DNA of 64,000 nucleotides, taken from Octopus vulgaris (lineage: Eukaryota). The first letter of the stretch is position 1; every line of letters starts with the position of its first letter. Location of the stretch: contig OX597816.1 of the NCBI GenBank assembly GCA_951406725.2, positions 86,800,001 through 86,864,000 on the forward strand, written 5' to 3'. The notes under the pieces are model-generated. The model saw only the letters and a list, made by a program, of their open reading frames with translations, searched no databases and was not told the DNA's origin. This document shows positions 27,038 to 41,140 of this stretch, piece by piece. Both the position numbers and the translations under genes were made by a program.

Positions 27038-27282
27038 AAAGTCTCCATGTGTGAGATCGAACCAACATCTGTTGTGTTATAGAATAATTGTACCATGTGC
27101 GAAGTATCATCTCTCGTTAACTGACAATGTCTATTCATAGAATACGACGGCGACGAACCACTTCTTGGGTTAATAGCCGGAATCTGAATGAGGTTAATGA
27201 CGTCCTTGCCATTAACGGTGCTCTTGTAGCATTCACTCTCCACTTCCTTTTCCTTTGCCTGTACACATCTGTTTCGTTTCAT
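27038..27282 (-). CDS. Candidate coding exon of an unknown protein
   Basis: aaaATG context, 81 open non-repetitive codons and a GTATGT donor in phase 2; no homology recognised. Confidence 0.25.
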
Positions 27283-29361
27283 TTTATATGATAAGCCTAT
27301 GTCTGTTAACTGTATACAACTTTAAGGAGCTGAAATTTAATTGAAATTCATTATTGATATAGATATAATTGTCCGGATATAGTTGGTATAAATATTGAAA
27401 CAGTAGAATATTGAAATAATCAGTTGACAGAAAGGACATTTCGCATACATATACAAATAAATTAAATTTCATTTTCTTCATACAGGAAACACTTCTAGGC
27501 ATGTTCTGCTGTTATTAAACTTCCTCAATGAGCACACGTTTAACTGTACTTCCCAAACAAATAATAGAATGTCACTGTGCCTGAATGATTTAAACTAATA
27601 ACATTATAAATAATGTTCTTTATTTATCACTAAATTGTCTCTAATTAACTTAATCTTGTAAGCCCAGTATATTTGTTTCCTTCATTCACCAACAACGTCA
27701 CATTCGTTTCTTTACTGTATTGGTACTTCGACGACGGTAAGGTCGCATTTGCTACATTCTTTTGACACTCGAAATAAAACAGGAGTCATTACCTTATTCA
27801 ATACTAGTGGAAAAAATCCCAATACGTCGGAAGTTTATTTGAGCGTTTTTTTGTTGGCATCCAAATAGATATTCTTATAGTATAAATTGAAATATGTGAA
27901 GTTGAATGGGATGCAACAATTTTAGAACTACAGGCAACACAAGAACAACACGAAGTTATTGATCCAAACACACTTCAACATGATAAATATTCGGCCTCTT
28001 CGTTGACACAAACACTCTTCAGTGGAATCTTTATGATCCTCAACGATAGTGAATATTACTCTTGAAACTAGTTTCCAATATTTCTGCATTTTGGTGGTGT
28101 TTTTTATCTTTTGAAACTCACCAAAAACGAACATATTTATCATGTCTACATAACCCAGTGAGCCCACTACCGTTTTTTTCTCTCTTCTTCCTTCTAGAAA
28201 CGCTGCTATTGCAGAAGCGGTAGGAACATCAGAATTTATTGCAAAATATCAAACTGACCAAATGGAAATACTACTTTTCACAGAATGATATGCGATTTGT
28301 GCATATACCGTGTATTCAGACAATCGGGAGTACCTACATCTTTTTAGTTAAATATGGCTCAATTAGCATTCATTGGCCATATACAACGTCTGTGTTATAG
28401 ATTCCCACTAGGACAAAGGACGCTATTTTCTCAGTGGCGCCTGACAGTCTAGTTGACATAGTGAAACGCTTCGCCTTGAACTCTCCATTTTGTATACATT
28501 AACTCTATTTGAAGCCAGGGACTGATTGTCATTTGTTCCACTTAGGGCGAAACATAACAATGTATTGTGTTAAAATTCAAGACTGGTTCTTCAGTTTTCC
28601 TTTACAACTTCCAAGGATATTACATTTCTTTGACATACATTCTCAACAAATATAAATCATATTATGCCTAAAGTTGCATTGAGGAGATACGTATACATTG
28701 TAACGTACATCTACAGTACTACAGATAAGGAGTAAAAAGATGTCCACATAAAATCTTGAACACAGACTAAATATACATATACAGTCATATATAAATACAT
28801 CCGTACATACATATATGCATATAATATATATATATACATGTAATTTAGCTGGTTTAGCTGTCCAATATTTCTCCACAAAGTGTATGTATTGGACAGTCTC
28901 AGATAATATGATATATTGTAGTTACAGTATTATTTCTTATCCGCACATTTTTCATTCATTTTATTTTCGAACAGCAAGTCTCAAGTGAAGTTCAAGCAAA
29001 GAGTTATAAATTTTATGCGTACATTTTCTGTTCCTCAACTGTTGAAGCACGTTACGATTCATATAGATGTGAGTGTGTGTATGTATATATATATATATAT
29101 ATACACACACGTGTGTGTACATTTGTGTGTGCGAATGTGTATGTATGGACTGAGGCACGGACGTACAAGGACTAATTGGTAAAATAGATATACAAGTAAA
29201 ACGGAAATGTGCTGACAAGTAGAAAGAATAGAGTAATATAACATACAAGTAAACACACACAAACATACACACACAATTACACTTAAATGTGCGTGAATAA
29301 ATATGTGTGCCTTTATGAATATGTATATATGTTTATGCGTATATATATATATGGGTGTATA

Positions 29362-29451
<90 letters not shown>

Positions 29452-29603
29452 CACAAAGTACGGAAATAAAGACGCACCGAATAATAGCGAGAAAGAAACA
29501 ATTTAGAAATGTTTGTCTGAAGCAGGGGGAAAGGGCAAGAAGTGTAAACGTAAAAGAGGAAACAAAATGAGGACAGAATACATATACACATTTGTTCGTG
29601 TGA

Positions 29604-29645
<42 letters not shown>

Positions 29646-30088
29646 GTTTGTCTTCGTATATGTGTGTACGTTAAATACAACGACGCAATTTACTTTTACT
29701 ACTTCATTCGCTTCTGCTTTGTATCACCTTTAAATAATGCTCTTGTCTTTTTAAATTCATGTGATTACTCTTGTATACTTGCATACAATTTCAGAATTCA
29801 AGAGAAGAAAATGTTCCATAAAAAAAGGAAGATAATGACGAAAAATTTTGTAATGACAATGGAAGTGGGATGATTTCAAATACCAAACATTTCATAAAAA
29901 TATTACAATCTATTGCAGTGTTTTTGCGACATCTAGAATTTTGAAACTATGCAAATATATATATATATATCTGTACAAGGATACAAATCGCCGCTCCATC
30001 TAGGTATTGAACCAACGTCCTTACTATTATAAAATCTTTCACGAAATACATGCATATGACTCTATATTAATGTGTGTGTGTGTTTATA

Positions 30089-30310
30089 CAGGAGGAGATA
30101 CTGAAAAGTTCCTGGCTATAGGGTAAAGAAAACCAGGAGGATCAGTTAATCATGATTTTATTCACCATATTCCCCTCTCAGATTCACATACATATTGCAA
30201 TGGTCCTACACTTTTACTAAGACCTTAAAAAAAACAAGACTCGGAAGGCTGGGCCTGCAACCAGGCCTTTCGCAAGACCCTTCATGCCAGTAACTTTTCA
30301 GCACTCCTCC
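30089..30310. mobile_element. Mariner-derived MITE (about 220 bp)
   Basis: TIRs ggaggagatactgaaaagttcctggc / gccagtaacttttcagcactcctcc. Confidence 0.75.
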
Positions 30311-30816
30311 TTCTTAGATATATACGTATGTGTGTATGTGTGCGGGTATGTGTGTATATATATATGTGTATGTATGATTGTGTATGTGTATTGCTTAAAA
30401 AGGGAATCGGTTTCATTTCTCGATAGATACTGATGGAGAAAATTTTCAGATTTCTTATTATTTACTCTACACACTAGAGAAACACACGAAACACACAAGT
30501 TTAAATGTCGGCGGTTTCTTTAATTTCTTTCATACTAATATATTTCTATAATTGTTGCATTGAGCATGGAGAGAGAAATAGAAAATTTAAATTCATTAAA
30601 CTTGAACCGCATGGAAACGAAAAGGAAATCTACTTTATGAAAAAGCGTTAGTTTGCGGTGATGTCTTAAATCGCCTTATAAGCCTTAACTATATTAAAGT
30701 AGACAATTGATTGGGATTTTAATTTCCTCGCAGTAACATCCTGTCACATAACTGGGTATAATTTAATGGTAACCATGACAAAATTACTTAAGCAATGTTG
30801 TAAATTTTATATGACC

Positions 30817-31030
30817 GATCTGGCAGAAACGTTAGCAAACCGGGCGAAATTAAGTACCAGTTGCGTAATCGGCTAGCTCCCTCCCAAAAAATTCGAGCAT
30901 TGTGCCTAGAGTAGAAAAGTATATTGTAATCTTATGAGTTCAAATTCCTTTGCCTTTCATCCTTTCGGGGTCGATACATTAAGTAGCAGTTGCCTACTGG
31001 CCTTGTGCCTAGAGTAGAAACGAATATTCT
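30817..31030 (+). mobile_element. Two internally deleted SINE A copies in tandem
   Basis: gatctggcagaaacgttagc head; both copies end ttgtgcctagagtagaaa. Confidence 0.7.
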
Positions 31031-31623
31031 TTCCTCCACTAGGCACAAGGCCCGAAAATTTGGGAGAGGGTGCCAGTCAATTAGATCGATTCCAGTACGC
31101 ACTTGTACTTGACTTATCGAGCCCCAAAGGGGGAAAGACAAATTTGACCTCGGCGGAATTTGACCTCAGAACGTAGACAGATGAAATACCTACAAGAATT
31201 TCTCCCGGTGTGCAAACGTTTCTTCTTTCTTTACTGTCCACAAGGGGCTAAACATAGAGGGGACAAACAAGTACAGACAAACGAATTCAGTCGATTACAT
31301 CTGTGCGTAACTGGTACTTAATTTATCGACCCCGAAAGGATGAAAGGCAAAGTCGACTTCGGTGGAATTTGAACTCAGAACGTAACGGCAGACGAAAAAC
31401 TTATTTCTTTACTACACACAAGGAGTTAAACACAGAGAGGACAAACAAGGACAGACAAACGGATTAAGTGGATTATATCGACCCCAGTGCGTAACTGGTA
31501 GTTATTTAATCGACCCCGAAAGAATGAAAGGCTAAGTCGACCTCGGCGGAATTTGAACACAGAACGTAAATAGCGCCAAGCATTTCGCCCGGCGTGCTAA
31601 CGCTTCTGCCAGCTCGCCGCCTT
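31031..31623 (-). mobile_element. Head-to-tail trimer of SINE A with a 19-bp flanking duplication
   Basis: Three copies of the gaaaggcaaagtcgac...ggaatttgaactcagaacgta core; flanks gagtagaaacgaatattct (31012-31030) and gagtagaaaaaaatactct (31625-31643). Confidence 0.8.
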
Positions 31624-31902
31624 GGAGTAGAAAAAAATACTCTAAGTCTTATGACTCTGGAGGAAGACCTAATTCTATCAATTTTTCATGTTTCATTTGT
31701 TGCTCTTTCTTTCTAAAATCGTTATCGATGAATCTGAATGAATTGTTTCAAATCAACTTGCTATGTGCATTCACTTTGTTATCTGCGTTCTGCAATGCGG
31801 CAATTGCCACCAAAGCAGTGATATCACCGTTAAATCCACACGAGCCAATAAAAAGAGAAGTTGCTATAGGAGGCGCTAGACCTAACTAAGCTATATTTAT
31901 AT

Positions 31903-32112
31903 TGGTTTCAAATGTTGGCACAATGCCTGCAGACCTGGGGGAGTGAATAAGTCGCTTACATCGACCCCCTGGGTTCAAACTGGTTCTTATTTGTTCGATC
32001 CCGAAAAGATGAAAGGCAAAGTCGACGTGTGTGGAATTTGACCTCAGACAGACGAAATACCGCTAAGCATATTTGCCCAGCGTGCTAACGATTCTGCCTG
32101 CTCGCTACCTTA
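31903..32112 (-). mobile_element. SINE family A
   Basis: Reverse complement of the family A consensus; flanked by taagctatattta on both sides, a probable TSD. Confidence 0.85.
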
Positions 32113-33179
32113 AGCTATATTTATTCTAGCATTTCAATTAATTCTTTGAAACAGTACAAACATTTTGTAAGTTGCATAATTAACATTTTGGCGTAGATGC
32201 TTAATTTCGTATTTAATTATGTCAAAGAAAGACAACGTATTCATATTAATTGGCTATAGTGGGATAAAGATACAGCACAAACTCAGTGAAAAACATTTGA
32301 ACTATAGATACAATAGTCTGCACATTAGACGCCCCAATTAAGTCAGCTTGGTGTTGCTTTATTATCCACTATATATCTAGTCAAATATATATTTATAATT
32401 ACGACTTATTTTAGTTTTTTTTTTAATGCTGTAAATGTGCAGCGGTGTAAGCTGGTAGAGTTAATCGAATTCTGTATATCACTGGGACTTTTTAAACTCA
32501 AGTCAAACAGAGATTGAACTAAACACAAAGAAAATTTAGTTCGATAATGATCTACTGTTTCTGCCTTTTCACTGTCTTCCTAAACTACAAAGAAATATCA
32601 CAAGATATATAAAGCAACTGAACTAACCGAACATAATTCTATAATACCATTTTAATCTCACGCAATACGGTTTTTTCCTTTCATGTCAAAACCAAATTTT
32701 CGAAAAAATAGGACACAAGAATAAAATTGAAATTCATTTTATTTTACCATGATGAAATTTTTCTCCATGTTTCGAATAAAATGATTGCCTCTCTGCCAAA
32801 AATAGAAGAAAATACTTTACATTTCACTGGTCTTTTTGAAAGAAACAATTTCAAGTCTATTTTTTCTGCCCCGTTGATTACCTTAACTAATCAGATCATA
32901 CTCTACTACACACCAGGAGACAAATACACAAAAGACAAATATCTTTTTCAAAGTCGAACGGTTCAGAAAGAAAAAAAAAAAGTAATAAATAAATGAAAGA
33001 AGTTAGGGCATTATTTTTAGTTGTTTATTTACCAACGGTGAGGAAATATAAATCTGAAGGGAAAAAAATATGTCGCCAGGAGCTGGTGCGACATCGTTCA
33101 CTGATGCAATTTGAATTTCCGGGGAATATATATGTATTCGTGTATATGCGGTTGCTTGCATATATGTGTGTCTGTATAC

Positions 33180-33222
<43 letters not shown>

Positions 33223-33291
33223 CATATATATGTATATATATCGGTGTGAGTGTATATGCATATATGTGTGTCTGTATACGTATATGTATGC

Positions 33292-33328
<37 letters not shown>

Positions 33329-33337
33329 TGAGTATGT

Positions 33338-33389
<52 letters not shown>

Positions 33390-34967
33390 CTGTGTGTGTG
33401 TGTATATGCATTATACAACTATATATATATATATATTTATTTATATATATATATATGTATGTATGTCTCTGTGTGTGTGTATATGCATTATATATGTATG
33501 TTTGTGTATATATATATATAGGCACAAACACGCCCACACATCAGGGCATGATATATTTACACCGATAAGAAAAGTTATTACACTCTTACACGCGTTCGTT
33601 CAAATATGCTTATATTTTTCATGTAGTTTCTTTCATTAGACATTAACCCACGCATCACTTTATACTTTATATGCAATACAAAATAATTGTTCTGCACACT
33701 CACAAACACACATTCATAAACACAAAGACTCATATATATGTATGTGTGTGGGCATATTTATATGAACTTTGTATAAGGATTCTACTGAAGTAAATACTTT
33801 ATATGTTTCCATTCTTTTATATTTAAAGATAGAGATTCTGAAATGTATATGTATGTGTGAACGCAAGCGTGTGTTTTAGTGTGTGTGTGCTCGTATGCGT
33901 ATGCACATGTTTTCAGCGTTAGGCAGTCGCTGTTCTAAAATTCAATATAACAACATTAATAAGCAGAAAAATAGACTATATTTAGTTTATATAAGAAATG
34001 AGAAATTCAAAAGTTAATAATAATCTAGTCCACTTCATTTTTACCTTTACTTTTCGAGGACCAAAACAGTGCTTTAAAATGCACCAAGTTGTGCAGAAGA
34101 CATCTAACTAAATTCCTTAGAATAAATCTGCTGAATATTAAATCTAATTTTGAAGAAATCTTATAACATATGAAACTTTTTTTATGAGAGTATTTTATTT
34201 ACTTTTGTGACTAAAAAACGTCTAGCATATTTACAAAAGAAGCAACAGTATACGATAAAACTTTGATTTTTCGTTTCAATTTCACTACTGCCTATCAATA
34301 TGAAACTTCTCCAAACGAAAGAGATATTGAGAAAAATTGACAAGTTGAATTAAAGAAATAGATGGTATTTTTGCCGTTTATTTTTTTCCTGTTTTTCTAT
34401 TTAATATTCCTGTGAATATAGATATTTGGATTATTTTAAATTCATTGGAAGACCTGAACTCCATAGTTCAGTATTTTTTTTTCGTCTTTACCGACAGTGT
34501 CAATACTGTTTATCACTCGTTAGCAGATTCACTTAAAGAAATATCAAATAGTTGATGATATATATTTACAGTTTTCGTTTGAGTCAAAATAAATTCATGT
34601 ATTTTCTTTATAAAAGAAGGGAAGGGACGGAGAAATTGGATGTTGTAACGTTCATGCTTGCTTTCTAACAATAGAAAGCAACTAAATATTTGCAATGAGC
34701 ATTAAAATTAAAACTACTCACTACAGTTGTCTGAAGCTAACTTTTATTCTACGGTTCTTGAGCTCATTGCAACAAATTTTAACTGACATTTGCCAGATTC
34801 TTTGCATGAAAACTAGTAAATATTTTTTGAAAAATCAGTACATGTAAAAGTAACCAGCAAAATTTCATCGATGTCTATCACTATGAAAATCCTAGCATCG
34901 TATTTGCAGCTTGCCCGAAGCCTAACGCATGTTTTATAACACTTATCAATATAAATTTAATATATCC

Positions 34968-35179
34968 TTTTTACTAAAGGCACAACGCCTGAAATTTGGA
35001 GGAAGGAGACTAGCTGAGGTCATCGATTCCAGTGTTTCACTGGTACTTAATTTGACAACCCCGAAAGGATGAAAGGCGAAGTCAACCTCGGCGGAGTTTG
35101 AACTCAGAAAGTAGAGACGGGCGAAATACCGCTAAGCATCTTGTCCAGCGTGCTCACGATCCTGCCAGCTCACTGCCTT
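34968..35179 (-). mobile_element. SINE family A
   Basis: ccccgaaaggatgaaaggcgaagtcaacctcggcgg...cctgccagctcactgcctt. Confidence 0.85.
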
Positions 35180-36494
35180 GAATAAATTCAGTATATGCTA
35201 TAACGCAAATATAGACGGCATCACGAAGTTCAACAATTTCTAATGTAAATCAAATTCTTAGATAAAATATTCTTGGATTCAACTAAGAGTGGAAATCGGG
35301 ATATAATTAATGGATTTAATTCTAAACGGTTTTTATTTCATAAATTTAAAATGAAATGGCGTTAAAAACCTACCACACACAGAGAGACACGTATACAAAA
35401 ACGTACAGCTATTTGCTAGTCAAATCGCTGCAATATATGTTTGACACAAGCCACATAACAGTAGGACAGTGCTAATGTTTGTGATAAGATATTTTATGCA
35501 TGGAACTGAAAAATGTAAAGTGATCGAAACATATACAACATATTTCCTGTTCCTGCTGCAAGAATAAAATGTGATATCGGCCATTTCATCACAGTATATA
35601 ATTTTTGTAGTTATCTTCTACTAATTTGATAACTCAGGCCCTATGTAATACTCTTGAACACCACTGGTTAATCTTGTTACATTAAGTATTTTACATCTCT
35701 CCCGAGATATAACATTTTGTTCAGCGGGTTTTGAACTCATAACTCAATAGGAATGACCTCCAATTTTAAAAGAAATTTTGCTGGATACTCTACTCATTCT
35801 CCAAATCTCCAGACAGTTTTAATTTTATATCTGTTCGGAAGCTCAAATCGGCAGTGTGGTTAAGATGGTCGTTTCTTAACTATGAGGTTTTGAGTTTTAT
35901 TCCACTGTGTAGGCATCCCTTTGTCAAAGTGAGGACCAAAGCTTTGTGGGCCTCTCAAAGGTAAATGTCATATTGACAAGTAGAGATAATCTCTCACCCG
36001 AACTTACACCACTGCCTGACCTGTGGGTGGAGCCCAATCTATTGATAACATCTATACAAATGAGCATAATTTCTTCCTTCCCTGCTGCCAATCACTGAGA
36101 CCCTGAAAGTTCTATGAGCGTTGTTCTCCTTCTCTGACAAACACATTAACAAAAATATCTAAGCTTTCTCCGACATAGTAACACATAATCAATAAAATAT
36201 GAAGCATTAACTCCGACAAGTAGGAGATAAAATATTACGTTGAAGAAGCAAATATGTAAATATAGGTCAAGTATTTTCGTTCATTGATCATCAGAAAGAC
36301 CATTTCATCTCCATAAATGCGGCTTGGTGGATGCCTACTCTATCGTTCTGACCCGGAAATGTGGTGTTGCTATGGTTGTTTTTCAACCCGCTACTATAAA
36401 AAACATATGATCGTCAGCCTCCGGATTGAAGTTCGATAGTAATGTGGCGTGCCAATATAAACACAGGGGATTCCACATCACTATCGTTATGTAA

Positions 36495-37010
36495 TGGAGC
36501 ATTAAAGATACTGCACCATACAACGGAACATCACGAGTATGCAACTTATGTCTAGAAGAAACTCTGGAAATCACCACATACGATGTGATCATATGTAAAC
36601 ATAAAGGCAATACATCGTTTCTGGAATACGAAAAAACATTTTGAAGCGGAATAACATCAACTGCCCTTAGCTTATTATAGAACAAGGAAGTAACATAAAC
36701 AAATAAGCAAACAAGCCAATGTTTAAGATGCTATACACTATACCACTGTACCACTAAAAATAATTAAAAGGTCACCCACTGACATTCGTTGACGCTACAT
36801 CGAAGAGGCCAGGGTACAGAAGAAAGAATGAGAAAGAAGACATGCACTCAACAGCAGAGCTGAAGACACCTCCGAAAGGTGGGGGGCGCCACGTCAAAAC
36901 GGTTGAGTAGTAGGGGCCGAAACCGGACGTGGTTCCTCCTGATGATGTCTTGAGCTAACTGGATCCTATAAAGGAACTGTTGTGGTAGCAGACCACGAAA
37001 CATGGTTGAA
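36495..37010 (+). mobile_element. Decayed Neptune-like PLE 3' end (GIY-YIG C-terminus) with hammerhead-like remnants
   Basis: WSIKDTAPYNGTSRVCNLCLEETLEI...CKHK matches the W-I----Y-----C-LCL-EK pattern of PLE endonuclease ends; CTGAAGA, CTGATGA and GAAAC motifs at 36860-37001. Confidence 0.6.
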
Positions 37011-37519
37011 ATTCCGTAAGATAGTATCATTTATCAATTCAGACAATGAACTCCAACAGATGATGGCTATTGTGGTTGTACATGCTGATCTGTTTACTTC
37101 AGAATTCACTGAAGGGAGTCATGCTTTAAACGAGATCGAACAAAGGAATGTACTACCCATCTGCAGACTGAATAGACCACACATACACACAGCTCAATCA
37201 CCATGTAACTACCATTCCTTCCGCGCTTTCCATCACCTCCCTCTCTTCTCCACCAGATAGACACAGAATACCCACATAACCCGACCAAACTTCTCAAGTC
37301 AAAAGGGATAAACAAGCCTCTGTTAAACATCCATTAATGTTATATCGCCCGAAGAAATTGATGTTGACGGATACTACGGACTACACTGTAATCATAATTT
37401 AAGAGACATGTGATTCGTGGAAACATACATGGAACCGCACTAAATGTTTATAAATTCCACCCAAGGAATATACATATATACGCACGCACCCACATACACA
37501 TACTCTTTTTAAAGTTGGA

Positions 37520-37980
37520 AGGATTGTCTTCAGAGGAATTTGGAAAGTACTTCTAACATGTTTGGTGATTGTATCAATAAGGGCCCTTTCCTGATTGCTC
37601 TAATTATGAGGTCGCTGCTCTTGTCGTTGATACTGTTGTTATATAAATCGGCCGTACTGATTAAGCACACCTTTCACCTAAAACATTCCCATATTTATTC
37701 TGATATAGTTTACGTAGGAGTAGATCTATCTATTGTATTAGGTTGTTTTAAGAGTAAGGTGCAGCACCTTGTGACCTTCACAGTCGTTCCTTCTGCCAGA
37801 AGCGGTAAGATCCAGGCAGTTAATATTCTCCATACACAGAAGAAAGTCGACTGCTTTAGGAAAATAGATATTATGAAAGGATATTCTAGATTCTTGAATA
37901 TCCTTTCATAATATTTATTTTAGAATCTAGAAGGCTGGCGTTTTGAATAGGGCACTCTCTACGTTGCGGTTCGTGCAGTA
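37520..37980 (-). mobile_element. Highly decayed PLE-like RT fragment
   Basis: Broken motifs NVESALF, LKAVDFLL, LTLKTT and MG...TADLY in the order expected for PLE RT. Confidence 0.35.
37861..37921. repeat. Near-perfect palindrome of about 60 bp
   Basis: aaaatagatattatgaaaggatattctaga-t-tcttgaatatcctttcataatatttatttt, 2 mismatches. Confidence 0.9.
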
Positions 37981-38417
37981 CCTCCATTTTCGCTGATCAA
38001 ACCAGATCATTTTACATCAAGTAGTTTGATCAGGAACAACCTGGCCATGACAATAATCAAGCTATCAGTTGAAGGACATGCATGCTTATATTATCTAACT
38101 CGTCCTTTAGAAATATATTTGACTCCTATTTCTAGTTTAGCGGAGAACTTAGTAGAAGCTTATTTGGTGCCTTATGGTGCAATGATAAGGTACGAAACAT
38201 AGGTGATGATTTCAGTTGCAACGTAAACAGTAGGGTATAAATAAACTATAAGAAGAAATGTAACACTAATTTTTAGTTTCTACATCATTTCAACACTATG
38301 CGAGATTGTTTTAAAGGAAATTGGAAAGTCTTGTTTAACATAAAAATATTATGAAGTAGTATATTATCTCTGAAAACATAATTTCAGAAGCATACGTGTA
38401 AAACGTGTAATATACGT

Positions 38418-38467
<50 letters not shown>

Positions 38468-39070
38468 GTTCATATATATACATATATGTAAGTGTGTACA
38501 TATATATAGGTATATATGTGTGTGTATATGTATATGTACGTATACATATATATATATGCTTTTATGTATGTATGTATGTATGTATGTATGTATGTATGTA
38601 TGTATGTATGTATGTATGTACTAAACTCTGAGTTGCTAATATTCGTTTATGAACTGATAGCTTCAACCTGGTTTACGGAGTGGTTTTGACAGATTTCATT
38701 GCTTTTACACCTTTCTCCTTGCCGTAAACCATTTTGGAACCAGATATGCATTATACTTAATAGTAAACACAACTGAAGTCAATAAAATGTAGCATATCTA
38801 AGTATCGGTTTTATTACTAATATAGACCGTCTTTACTTTCTGTTATTCTTCCTTATTTCTTCAATTTCTATTGTTTCCCGTGTGCCGATGCGTACCTACA
38901 CATACATATATATATGTGCATGAGTCTGTGTGTGTATTTGTGTGTGTATGTGTGTAAGTGTTTGTGAATGTGTGAGTGTATGCGTGTGCGTATATATGAC
39001 TACCAGTGAATATACGTACACTACTGTGTATATAAATGTGTAAGTATTTATATCGTTGTGTGTATGTGTG

Positions 39071-39110
<40 letters not shown>

Positions 39111-39201
39111 TAGTGTGTATGTGCGTGTATGTATGTGTATATATATATATATCAATGTATATACATTTAGTGGGAGCCGTGTTTGCTTGTGCGCATGTAT
39201 G

Positions 39202-39264
<63 letters not shown>

Positions 39265-39413
39265 AGTTATATATCTGCGTCAGTTTGTCTAATGCACTTA
39301 TATGTGCGTACGTCTTCGTTCGTGTGTGTGTGTGTGTGCGTGAAGTATATAGCTTAGGAATACATACTTACATTATAACACTTAGAAATTCTGTATTCAT
39401 CCTTCCTAATAGA

Positions 39414-39444
<31 letters not shown>

Positions 39445-41140
39445 CTGTGTGTGTGTGTGTGGATGTCTTTGTGTATGTAAGTCTACATGTATATGTAGGC
39501 AACAAGTTAAATTCACTTAAATATCAATAAGTATATTTGGTAAGTTTAGTCCCCGTGTGTGTTATTCTCGGCGTGTATTCCCTTCTTTTCCTATGTTTAT
39601 ATTATATTCTAAAGTGTGATTTGTAAGTCACTATGTGCAAGTTGTATATTTTATTATTCGCGTATATTTATATGTTTGTGTGTGTGTATGTATTTGGTTA
39701 TAAGTTCATTTTTTTTTCCCAGTCAGTATCTGCTTCTAAAATTCTATGTGCACGCGTATTTTATTTTATTTCTTTCTGAGTTATATGTTACTTGACAGTG
39801 TATATATCTCTGTGTGTTCATTTGTGTATGTGCAGATGCTAAAGCGTGTGAATGCATAGTTACGTGTTGGCAGAGGAATGTGAGAGAAATAGGCTTATTT
39901 GCGAATGTAGTGTGTTTATGTTGGTGCTGTTTATATGCTTGTGTGTGTGTGTGTATGTGTGTGTGTGAGTGTGTGTGTATGAGAGAGAGAGAGAGAAAGA
40001 GTAAGACAGCGAAAGAGAAAGAGAAGAGAGAGTGATTCTCCGCAAAAAAGAGGATGTGAATTAGTGGCTTTATTTGACCATGTCCAAGTTCGTTATTAAT
40101 ATAACTGTACGTATGTGTATATTTGCATGTATGTTTATACGCATTACATTTGTATAAATCTATTAAGTGTACATTTGTGTCTAGGTATATAGATCTGTGT
40201 AACATCAGTTAATGATATGTAGTCTTTGTATGCTTCAGTTTGCCAGGATTTTTTCTTCTTCTTGCGACAAAGCAAACCTAAAATTGAAAAACCCGAGGAA
40301 AATTTATTTGGATAGAAATCTTTTCGACATCGAAGATTTCATTGTGGTCAACTTTAGTATGGTTTCTCGTGATGTTTATTTCTCTTATCGAAATAATAAA
40401 TACTCTGTTACTTCTTTCCTAATGTGAGAGGTCTGTCAGATTTCTGTGATTTGTTGTTGAGACGAGAATACAATCAATAAAGTATAGCCATCAACGATAA
40501 ATGGAGCAAGACGATTTACATCGACTATGATCGAGTCCCAGTTTTGTTTGTTCAAACGTTGGCAAATTTTTCTTCCCTTGTGTTATATATTGATTTTTAT
40601 TTATTTTTTCGAAAATTACCGTCTTTTGTTTTTTTTCAATTGTAAAAGCGAGATTTATGGGAACATTCAAATGAAGCCAACATTTTTGTGAGGTAAATGA
40701 ACGCTATTGAACAAGAAGATCGCGGTAGGCATCTAACTGATTTTATCTTGTAGTAGTCCTTTTTCAATAATGCTAATATAGCATGGACATACGGATCTAC
40801 TTATGTTTACTCTTAAAACAAGATTCTTTAAACTTGTCTTAAGTAAATGAATATTTGATTCGATATTACGATAACACCCTGTGCAGGACGCGGTAAGCTC
40901 AATTCAATGCAAACATGCAAAATGGGTTTTATTGCAGTCGAGATCGTTTTACTTTGTTGATAACAACCATGCTATTAGTAAAGACATGAATGCTCCGATA
41001 ATAACAGAAACCATTCCTTTAAATTTTAGATATTTTGTTATAAATCATAATAAATGAACAACGTTTATACTAAATCAAAGTGGAGGTTCAATCATAATAA
41101 ATGAAAATCATTTATACTAAATCGGCGTGTAGGTACAAGT

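Noticed and set aside
37540-37911. 123-aa plus-strand ORF as a host gene
   Set aside because: TTG start, no recognisable domain, ends in a palindrome, and lies antisense to decayed RT-like motifs.
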